From contig JBITNC010000001.1 in NCBI GenBank assembly GCA_050084985.1, positions 133,176,001 through 133,240,000 on the forward strand: 64,000 nt of DNA. Reading direction: 5' to 3'. The translations under genes were made by a program, and so were the position numbers. This document shows positions 52,986 through 64,000 of this stretch, in pieces; the first letter of the stretch is position 1; every line of letters starts with the position of its first letter. The DNA comes from Nageia nagi. Lineage: Eukaryota; Plantae; Pinophyta. Below the pieces are notes generated by a model. It searched no databases, had not been told where the DNA came from, and was given only the letters and a program-made list of their open reading frames with translations.

Positions 52986-55493
52986 GTTTTTAAAATACTA
53001 AGAACTTAGTACACTAGATAGTTTATCAAAAAATGCCTACTATGATGGTAAAATCTTCAACAAAGGTAGGAATACATATACTTATTGGAAAGGTATCTTT
53101 GATAACTATCTAATGAAAAATAAATAAGCTCAATTGTATATCTCTATAAAAATTTATACCCTATTAAAATTTACTGATCTATTTTTGTAATTCTAGTTGA
53201 TCTTCAATTGGATTGATCTTCAACTTGAATGGTCTTTGATTGAGCTCCAATTCCAACAATACATCAAGAATTTCACACATTATCATAAATTGAATATTTA
53301 TAATTGATCATATCTTTGGGAGCATTTCACACTTGTCTCCCAACATTTTGGTAGGTTGCATGCCTACATTCATAAACCATTCTTGGTCAGCAAAATATTA
53401 TTAAGCATTATCATACAAACATTGATCAAAGTTCAAAATTTCTAAAAAGATTAAATTCAAAAGTTCAAAGTTTCAAAAAGATAAAATATAAAAATAAAAA
53501 AATTGAAAATAATTTACTTTATAAATCAATAGGTGCTTTTTTGGACTTCACTTTGTTCATCTATCAAATCATCATTTGAGAGGAAAGACACTTACAAATA
53601 TCTTACATGAATCAATACCTAAATCCTACAATTTATGGATACATAGTATATCATATATGTTATTTTAAAAACATAATATAATTTTATTTATAACCATCTA
53701 AATGTCACAAAATTGGTGGATCTATGTATCCTTTCATACTGGGTTTCAAACCCATAGCACACAACACCTTGGGAAGAAAGGCTACTTTTTCCACACATGC
53801 ACACACCAATTTTGAGCTAGGGCATATGATTTATTTCATGCTACCATAAATTAAGGCATGTCCTATATTGATTCATTTCCTCAACATTTGATAAGTATGC
53901 ATGCTTACGTCCATAACTACATACTTGTCTAACAAAGTATCATTTGAACATTGGGGAAAAAGTCCAAAAAGCAAAATTATTCAAATTTTTCAAATTCAAA
54001 GTGTTCAAATTGTTTAAATTTCCAAATACAATAACATATTGTTTAGGATTTGAATTTAATAATACTATATTCAAATTTCTATTCATATTTGTTTTGAATT
54101 TTTATGCTTTTCTCCACCATGAATGTATTATTTTTACATATTCATTCAAATTGTTCAAATTATTACAAATTATTCAAATTTTATTCAAATATTAAAAATT
54201 TTAAAATTTTCAAAGTTTAAATATTCAAATTATTTCAAAATATTCAAAGTTTCATAATGTTAAAATTTTAGAATGTTCAAATTACAAATGTGTTCTCAAT
54301 TAACATTCAGGTATCTACACTTATTGAACTAAGTATTTTATGCAAAAGAACTAGTCTAAAAGGGATAAAATGTAGACACTAAAAAATAGCACTTTTTGAG
54401 TAGATATATTTTATTGTATTGATATGCCTTAACTAATTATTTGATTTATTCCTAATATTTTATTATGTAAATATGAGCAAAAGTGGGTATGTAGCCCAAA
54501 TAACTTAAATTGTCTCAAGAAGTATATAACTCAAAGTGGAGTTAAAATTCAAAATTTTGGCTAATTATTATTCCAATTAATTCATGATCCTAATTCATTT
54601 TCTCACTTACACACTTATGATTTTTGCTTTCATGTTATTGCTCTAAGTTACATTGCTAGGATTTTAAGATAAGGGTTTGAAGGAACAAGGATTTACTCCA
54701 CAAATCTCCATCAAATCTCTCAAAGCTTGCTTCCACACTCATGGAATAACATTTCTATGGTGTTTATATGGTTTAATTATTATTTTATGTATTTGGTTTA
54801 TTCAAGGTTTTTGTAGGGACTTGAAGCCAATACAACCATGGGAGAGCTTGGGAAGATCTACCTTTTTTATCCTTCACCAAATGTATTCATGTAATATGTT
54901 GTTTAAGATAAAAGCATATTATCTTGTATTTCCACCATTAAAATTATTTTTTTAACTCATAATAGCTTAAACATATATTGTGAACATTCATTAGATCTCA
55001 TGGGTATCCTTGAATCTTTAAAAATTTCTTCATTTCAATAATTTAAGGTTTTCAAGGGTTTCATGTACTAAATCTCAATTTTAGCGACCAAAAATATGTA
55101 AATATTATCTCCATAGTTAAAATCCACCATATAAATTGTTCAAAGAGCATTTAGACATAAGTATTTGCACAAATAAGCATATATAATTCATTTTTTCTCA
55201 ATGATTTGGGCTAGGGGGATCACATGTCATTTTAAGTGAGGAGACTCACTCCATGCTCACCTAGGTGTCATAAAGGGCTTAGTTGGATGTTCCCCTTCCC
55301 ATTTATATTCATTTATGATTTGTTTATATTCTTACAAATTTTTAGCTCATTATTCATAGATTTGGACATACCTTTATCAAGTTTTCTACCTAATGCTCAT
55401 TAAAAAAAGCATAGTTGTGTAGTTTGAGGTTTGTGTGTGAATTTGACATTTTTATGCATGTTATACAACATATAGCATAAATTTTGACCTACA

Positions 55494-55712
55494 AAATTGC
55501 ATTAATATATCATTTAACAACTTTACATAATGAAATATTAATCATTTCATCTTTAAATTCATCCTACAATATCATACTAACATCTAGCTTCAATAAATAT
55601 ATATCATAGTGTCAAATAGAAAGATAAAAATCTCACATTAATGTGATACACACATATAATAAAAATTCAAATTATAAGATCATGATAAAATGGATCATTA
55701 CATTCTCCTCCC
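55494..55712 (-). mobile_element. LTR start and PPT of an older minus-strand element that hosts the 47921-55493 insertion
   Basis: Minus strand reads gggaggagaa|TGTAATGATCCATTTTATCATGAT, with the LTR starting at 55702. Confidence 0.55.
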
Positions 55713-57649
55713 ATAGGATTAACACAATCACATATGTTTTAAACATCAATTTTCAAATCACATAATCAAATAAGAAAATTTTATCTTTTTTCATAATTAT
55801 GGATATTTATCTGAATAACAATCATTAATCTTATTCACATCATAATAATATCATATGCAAATTCACCCATTGTCATGGTAAAACTATTTATAGTTAGCAA
55901 TTTTTAGAGTTTAATGTTAAACCATATCTTGTCCCTCAATTTCTTCTCCTCAAATTGGAAATAATTCCATTTTAAGGTTAATTTAAGGAGGCAAAATGTA
56001 AATCATATTCTTGATAAAGATACCAAAGACAAACTATAGTGAAAGTATAATTGTAATTTTTTCACTCTTATACATGTGAGGAGTCACAATGTCCCTACCC
56101 TTTATATGTGTAGTTGTAATTATCTTGGTTGTCCAAACACAAAATAAGAACAACCACTTTTAAATCAAATATCAACATATACCTCAACCACATGCTCCTT
56201 ACAACCTAGTTTTTGTTTAAATCAAGTAGTTGTTGCTTTTATATTCTTTCATTATTTAAAAGAGTTTTCAAATTTATATTCTTTCTTCACCTAGAAGATC
56301 TTAGATTTACAAACATGATCCAATCATAAAGATGAACTTGTAACTTTTATATAAGAGTAACACACTTTTTTTTAGTAACATATATACATCAACAATTAAC
56401 TTTTATTCAAACTTAAAATTTCATAAACAATATCCAAAAATATTTTGATTTAAGATATATTTAATCCCTTAATATTTTTAAGTTCTTCAATATTTACATT
56501 TGGAATAAGAAAATTCAGTCTTCCAATTATAGCTTGAGTATTTTCTTCTTCAATTCTTGAAAGAGTTCTTAGTGGAGTATAGTAAATAGGTTTTTGTTCA
56601 ATAGGTAATAGGAACTTACTTTTAAATTCCATAACATTTTTAATTTCATATTCTTCTCCTAATTTCATGTGATGAATTCCCACTTGTTCTAAATTATGTT
56701 GATCAAAAATAGGTTCATTCCCTCACCTATTATTAATCATTTGTAACTTTATTTCATTTTTTATCTTAAATATATATCTATCCCTTCTCATAGTTTATCT
56801 TATTTTCTATTCTTCAGGAAGAAGATATCTTTCTTTTTCTCTTAACAACTTTTCTTATGTTTGTTGTGAAATCAAATCAAAAATTCTTCTTTAAATCAAA
56901 GTGTATTACTAATTATTGATAAAAATATGACTTCATAAAATATACCATCTCAAATACTGTAAAGGCTATCTGATTGATTTTCTAAGTTATTTGGTTATGC
57001 CTTTTCTTGAGGAAATTTCTCCTACAAAAATGAAATTTATGGTTAAGTTCATTAAGAATACTAAATATAAGGAAATAATTTAGCCATCAATTTCTATAAT
57101 AAATACACTTATCAACTTATTTAATGAATATCTTTAATGATAAGCAATGCAATATTTAGTAAGATAAAAATAACTATTCTTCCTATCACATTAAATAGTC
57201 ATGCTTTCATATTCAGCTATGAAATTTGATATCAACAAAAACTTTCTTATTTATAACATATACTTGTCCTTTATCCTTTATTGCTATAAAATATTGTTAC
57301 ATATTAAAATCCTTCAATATTGTTACATCATGTTCTTGGGGTTCTATCTTGTTAGTACATTGATTTGAATAATAAATACCACCATAATTCTTACATCCAT
57401 CCTTTGGATATTTCTCTTCATCATGAGATCTTTTTTTTAGAGTTTCTTGATTTTGTTCTTTCCCTTTTTTATTGATACTCTTATTCTATTTTTTGTTTAT
57501 ACATTCTTTTCTTGGAATTGGAACCCTATTTAAACATAGTATTTATAAGTTGTCATTGCATCTCTATTTGTGCTTGTATAAGCTTTAAATGTTTTTCATA
57601 ATCATTGCTTTTTCTTGTAGCCTATTATATACTTACTCATTATTATGTA

Positions 57650-58823
57650 AAGTTATTTTATAGATGATTAAAAATGATTTATTATCTATTTAATAAATCA
57701 TATTTAGACTTCCTAAATGACTTATTGAAATATTACAAATATCAATATAAAGTTGATATTACAATGCAATGTCATGTGTTATATTAAATGCTATATTATT
57801 TAACATGGTTCATATTTTAAAGTATCTTGAATACAAAAATAATTAAATTATTTATAGAGGTTGGTCTTCTCTCCTCTCTATATCTTTGTAGGCTAAATAT
57901 GTAAGTGAAATAGGTTGACCTCCATAAATTGAAAGTGTTTGATATGATAAGATCTCCAATAGGGATTATCTTCTATAATCTTCATCAAGAAATGATGTCT
58001 TTTGATGCCACCTATTATGAGAATGTAAAATATAAATTGTGTAAAATATGACTATAAATAATAAATAGAATAATCTAAAATATAAGAAAAATAGATATGT
58101 ATGCTATATTAGATACAATAAATATACATGAACAGTATGCACTTGATATGAAGTGTATGTGCAATCCTCAAAAGCAAATAGCAATGAATATTCAAAGGAT
58201 TAGGATTGAATTAGAAGCAAGCTCATGATGGATCTTTGTATTTATGAAAAAATCACCTTTGTCATAAAAATATGAAACCCTTGATCTAAAAGATGCATGC
58301 CATTGGGGACCTAAGAGAAGCATGTTACTAACGAACTAAGAGAAGCATACTACTAATGGCCTAAGAGAAGCATGTCATTAACTATGTAGGATATGTTGAA
58401 TTATGTCATGCACCAAAGATAGAAATTTTTAGAGCTCAAAGTATAATAATTTCTCATACTAGTGGTATTAAGACACATCATTGCTTGATGAATATAATGA
58501 AAGACAACTAGCTATTAAAGATATTTTCATATCAAAGAGATTAAATCTATGGAGGTTAGCCTATTCCACTTGCATATATAGCCTACAAGGACATAGAAAG
58601 GAGTGAATACTAACCTATAGGAATAATATAAACTTTGTTGTATTCAATATATTTTAAAATATGAACCATGATAAATGATATAGCATTTAATATAACACAT
58701 GGCATTGCATTGTAATATCAACTTTATCTTGAAATTTGTAATATTGCAATAAGTCATTTAAGAAGTTTAAATATGATTTATTAAATAAATAATGAATTAT
58801 TTTTAGGCATATACAAAGAATTT
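57650..58823. mobile_element. ~1.17-kb non-coding element with ~375-bp inverted arms (57650-58025 and 58450-58823); MITE/foldback-like
   Basis: ataaagttgatattacaatgcaatg(t/c)catgtgttatattaaatgctatat is present on opposite strands; the spacer holds three 25-bp ctaagagaagcat repeats (58310-58382). Confidence 0.8.
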
Positions 58824-59175
58824 GTTATACTCTAAGCTCTAAAATTTTTTAACTTTAGTATAGTACATAATTTTGCATATTCAACATTGTTAATGATGTG
58901 CATCTTAAGGATCGAGGATTCCATATTTTGGTGGTCAAAACTATTGATTCATACATGTAGACATACATCATGAGTTCACCTCAAATTCAATCCCAATCTT
59001 ATGAAGTTAAATTGACATTTATTTTGAGAATTGTACATACACTTCATATCAAGTGCATGCTTTTGATGTATATTTATTGCATTTGATACAATGTACATAT
59101 CTATCTCTTCTTGTATTGTAGATCATTTTATTTATTATGTATATTCATATTTTACACAATTTAGAGTCTATATTT

Positions 59176-61480
59176 TGGTGAACTCAATATTCTTACATAC
59201 CTAGATTCCATTCTAGGGTATCAATTCTTAGGAGTTATGAATTTGTTCATGTTATTATATCTTCCCTTACCCAAGGTGCTTAGAGTAATAGCTTGAAAAA
59301 TCATAAAACTAGGTTTTATTCTATTTATGTTCCAAAAATGAATTTGAATGAAGAACAACCTAAGGTTTCTAGAAGTAAGGTTCATTTCAATGAGATCAAG
59401 AGAAGTATTAGGGTTAACCCTAATTCACCTATGCAAAAGCCTAATCCTAATGATATAATGGATACTGATGAGGATAATGATATTAAATCTACAAGTTCTA
59501 GCGAAAGAATGGATATTATTAGGAAAATCCCTAATAACATTAATATGTATTTTACTAATTATGAATTTGATAATATAAGTTTAGGAAAGCCATGGTGATA
59601 CTTTTGATAGTGATGCTAAAATTAAAGAATTAGATAGAATTCCTAGCCATGTTAGATCAATAAAGGAATTGCTATCTAACAAGAAAAATTTGGAATATTA
59701 TTTTACTAACAATGCTGAAGAGGTTATATAAATCCTACCAAATTATGAGTTATTAGAAGCAGGTACTGTAACTCCATAATCCTTAGATAGTTTATTTTCT
59801 TATAAAAATGTAAGGTCTACAGTATGGAGGGCTTCTACCATAAAAAAGATGTTCTTAATGGTATGTACTATACACATGCTGCTAACAATGTGGAAGTAGA
59901 GGATCTTGAACCTATGAAAGAGAAGTTCATTAAGGACATTGATGAGAAGGATGAAGCAGAGTTTGAAACTCTAGTAACCCATTCTAAAAGTCATAATCTA
60001 GGTATGATTCCTAAGTGTTCTAATAGGGAAAAAGGTAAGAGAATTTTTGTTGATGATAAAATTGTAGAAAATGTTACTAAATAAGTTTCTATTATGATTA
60101 ATAATGCTCATGTACATAATCCTAATTGGTCAAAAGAAGAGCAGGAAATAAAAGTTGAATCTATTTTTGAAGCTCAATAAATTGATTACTTTCAAAAGTC
60201 TATTGAAGGTGAACAATTACAATTTATGTTGGAATTTATTGATAAAATTGAACATGAAACAATACATAGTATTGGACCATTTGTGCCACTAAAAGAGGAT
60301 GAACTTATAAGGGAAAAAGAAAATAAACCAACCTCTAAAAATAGTAATGCACCACCATAAACCCCACCACCATCCCTAAATATCAATATACTTGTAGGGA
60401 ATAAGCATATAGTGCAAAACCAATAACCAAAACAACCTACTATAGTGCCCAATCATGGAAAGACAATTCATGAAAGGAATGAGAACTTAAAAATGTATAT
60501 ATGGATATGGATGATGAAGATGATTTCTTATGTTGTTTAAAGTGTCCATTGACTAATAGAATTAGTTCTAAGTTATTTGTTTGTAAAAAGAATAAAATTT
60601 ATGAAATTTGATGGTTTACAAGATCCAAAAATACATGTTAAAAAATTTCAAGAGGAAGCTATTACATATGTTCATGATAAAGATATGCTTGCAAAATTAT
60701 TTTCAAATAGCTTGAAAGATGATGAATTGAAATGGTACTTTAGTCTTCCTGAAAAGAGTATTGATAAGTATGAGGATATGATACATAATTTTTTGAAAAA
60801 TATTAGATATAATATCAAAAAAAAAGTTCAAATCAAGGATTTGTATAAAAGTATGCAATTACCTAATCAATCTATGTCTGATTTTATGAAAGAATGGAAA
60901 TAAATTGTAAATAAAATCTCTATGCCTGAACAAGATTTAAAGAATACTTTTGCAAATGCTCTATTTCCTATGTATAGATTATAGGTTGTATCTCATACTA
61001 GATTGATATTATCTAAAATAATAGATATTTTTCTTAAAAAGGAAGATTGTATAAAGCAAATTTATAATCATTGTTATCAAAAATCTCAAGTGTATGAAAA
61101 GAAAGAAAAAATCGCAAGTGTATGGTACAACTAATATTGATAGAAAATAGATAAGACCTCAAAGGAATTTTGCTAAGCTTACTGATATTGTTGATAATAT
61201 TATTAATATGTTATTAAATAAAGAGTGTATTAAGCTTCCACCTATGGTTCAACATCACTTTCCTAATGGTATTCCTAAAAATTATAGATATGAATAATTT
61301 TGCAATTATCATAGGACATCAAGGTACCTAACAAAAAATTATAGTATCTTAAGAAATATCATTCAAAATTTTATTGATAATAAAGATATTTGGATGGATG
61401 ATAATCCTAAAGTAGAATAAGAGCATGTACATCTTGATAATGTATAGTTGGAGATATTTACAAACCCTTTACCAAAGATA
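59176..61480 (+). mobile_element. Tat/Ogre-like Gypsy relic: tRNA-Trp-like PBS and degenerate gag
   Basis: tggtgaactcaatat at 59176; gag motif KFDGLQDPKIHVKKF...KLFSNSLKDDELKWYFSLPEKSI (60577-60903); knuckle relic FCNYHRTSRY near 61298. Confidence 0.75.
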
Positions 61481-63832
61481 ACTTAGCAATCAAAAGGCTT
61501 CATTGGTTTGATAAGTACTTCACATTATATGAATTATTATTTTCCTAACAGAAAATAAATGCAAGGATCATTAGAAACAAGCAAGTAAGAGCTATGCTAG
61601 AGAGAAAATAAAACATAATGATCAAGCTTATAGTATGAATTTTGCTAATGATATGTAATACTATCTATACATTATCAATGGTGTAAATTACAACACCAAA
61701 AAGGAACCTATTTTTGTACCTACATTTGCAAAATATGTATGGATTGATAAACCATCATAGGTACATGGATTTATTGCTTAAATTTAAAAAATCAAAATTT
61801 GTAGTGTATCATAGGTAGGTTACTTTCTGCATGGTTAAATGTTTCTTTTTTATTATCATATAAATCATGTCATGGTTTTATCTATCTCATGGGTAGATTC
61901 TAAATGAGTACCTCATATGTTTTTCTTTTAAATTCTTCAAAATCCATGTCATTAACAATGTGAAAATATTTTTATGCCATTAATGGTGTGCATATATCAT
62001 ACCAAAATTAAAATAGATAGTATATCCTTTATCCTCAAGGACTACTGGGATGTTCTAAGGGTATGTTATCAGGTTTTAAGTTTGATAAAATAGAAAAAAT
62101 TGGTGTATGTTCATAATTGCTTATGGGTTGAAAATAAAGGAAGTTGTCTTAAGTTTATTTGTGAATAGGTCTAAGAGTATCCATTATATTTATTATATGC
62201 TTGCATTCATTTCATGGTTTGAATTCTTATTTTGTGTGGAAAATAAAAATATGGTCATATGCATGGTTTGTTGCTTACAAAATATGAAACTTATACTTTA
62301 AAAATTAAATTGAAAATTATATAAGTACAAATTTATAAGAAACTAAATCATTTTTGATTGGTATAATGTAACCTCAAGGGTTTGGTCTGGTCATATTCTA
62401 CATTTCCATAATGGTAGGGTCCTTAAAAGAGGAGAGGGTGGTGGGGATGCACTTGTGTTGGTTTTTTTCCCAATATTTGGATCATAGGTCGATTCCTATT
62501 TATTATGAAGGTTAAAAGGAATAGGAAAGAGATAAAAAGGTAAAGGGTAATAGGAAAGAACTTAATGTAAACAAGAACTATATATCCCGGGCATTGCAAC
62601 ATAGGCAGCAATCCATAACCAAGATTAAGAATAGCAAACTATCTTACCCTTGGGATATTGCAATCATAAGGCATAGCCACAACTTAAGAAATCATTCCAT
62701 ACATTATATTCACAAAATGTTACAAAAAACCACTTGTCACAAAGGATAAAGCATTATCAATCTGCATTATCATATATGGAAGTATCTCATAAACTTGGGC
62801 AAATTTGCTAAAATATCTGATTTGTTGGGCTTACAATAGTCTACTATTTATATATTTTTCTCTTTGATTAGGTATTTGTTCAAAATTAATACAAATAACT
62901 ACTCTTATTGATTAAAAATAGTAAAAGAGACTATTTATAGATATAAAATTTATGATTATAACTATGTTAGATTATAGAGTAAACAAGTATAATCAATATT
63001 GAGATCTGGAAATTTAAAGTCTCTAAGTTATTGTACTTATTAATCCATAATCCTCCTTATCTATAATTTATTGTATTCTCCTTAGTATACAATTGATTTA
63101 GTATGCACTATCTATCAGTTGATTGGTATGATCAGGCACTGTATTCTATTAGTAGTGACCTACTTCTCTGTAATAATAAATGATGAGCACTATAACTCCT
63201 AGTTTTATGGAATAGTGAGGGCTTTGAATAGTGTATCATTGGATAATTGGAAGGAATTGGTACCATAATGTGGAAATGAGTCCTATTCAACATATCAAGA
63301 GATCCTTTGGGGTCAAACATTCATGATCAAGTGGACCCAAGTGTTCCTTTGCACCCATTATTCCTTCTTCTATCTAGTGGGTTCTATTTTGTTTTGCAAG
63401 TACTAATGATGATCTAGGTTTACTTAACACCCATTGATTTTAAATAAAATGTATGATGTAATCACTCAAAATATTCAAGCTCCACTGAGTTACCTTTATG
63501 AAATATCTTTTGATGAATGACAATCTCCTACTAAATAATTATCTCCCATTTAATTTGGAAAAAAGTTATGATATTATCATTCAAAATCAATGGGCTTTAT
63601 TTTCTTATCTTTATGAAATACCTCCCATTGAATGATGTAGTGCCTATTGTTAATCATGCTAGGACCTATTGATTTTATACAAAAATGATGATGTCATCAC
63701 TTCAAATTGATGGGTTCTATTGTAACCTTTTGCAATCCTTCCTACAAATTCATGATGCTTGTTTAGAATTTATATATGAAAATTAGCGAGCTCTGCGATA
63801 TCACTCACTAGTGATCTAAAAAATATTCAAAC

Positions 63833-64000
63833 TTTTACTTATATAATTACTCTCAAAATTTATTTACAATAACTCTTATACTTTTACCTAGATAATAACT
63901 ATCAAACTTTTATTTACAATAACTCTTAAACTTTTACTTAGACAATAACTCCTAGAATTTTACTTAGATAATAACTCCTAGATTTTTATTTAGATAATAA
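63833..64000 (+). repeat. Degenerate ~25-bp tandem repeat (ttttacttagataataactcctaga) running off the window end
   Basis: About 7 related units. Confidence 0.85.

Larger units (their letters stand above)
47921..55493 (+). mobile_element. Non-autonomous (pol-less) LTR retrotransposon, Gypsy Tat/Ogre-like
   Basis: LTRs 47921-49121 and 54371-55493 (TGTAGA...CTACA); TSD atatt/aaatt (4/5); PBS 49127-49144; purine-rich tract before 54371; gag knuckle relic FCDYHMVKEHSTNRCKRLKQ near 51813. Confidence 0.9.

Noticed and set aside
53400-54300. ttcaaa-rich array and its ORF (53944-54195)
   Set aside because: Low-complexity untranslated region of the LTR element; the ORF is a compositional artefact.
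29327-55702. Giant element bounded by 24-bp inverted termini
   Set aside because: No TSD, and a PPT next to 55702 makes two independent LTR starts the simpler explanation.
55720-57640. Endogenous caulimovirid fragment
   Set aside because: Only a degenerate knuckle-like stretch near 57380 on the minus strand; no movement-protein or RT motifs seen; a decayed Gypsy interior is equally likely.

Overview
AT-rich, CpG-depleted plant DNA made almost entirely of decayed, nested transposons. The repeat styles and the many PLS-PPR relics suggest a large gymnosperm/conifer-type genome (inference). No intact protein-coding gene is present. Main contents: (1) an intron-bearing PAD4/SAG101-type (EDS1-family) immunity pseudogene at 10445-11831 that has lost its lipase core; (2) four LTR retroelements with paired LTRs (Gypsy 3134-8808, Copia 12964-18251, RT-less Copia 21929-28470, pol-less tRNA-Trp-primed element 47921-55493), plus gag, LINE and SINE relics; (3) two foldback structures (46111-46932 and about 57650-58823). 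The best candidate for an undescribed system is a 15.1-kb DNA transposon (29367-44478). It has ~680-bp terminal inverted repeats and piggyBac-style TTAA|CCCT...AGGG|TTAA ends. Inside is a decayed, intron-containing Mutator-like DDE/SWIM gene matching the plant At4g13970/At1g60560-type family, together with several PPR/E/DYW fragments. All homology calls come from manual translation and remembered motifs; no database searches were run.
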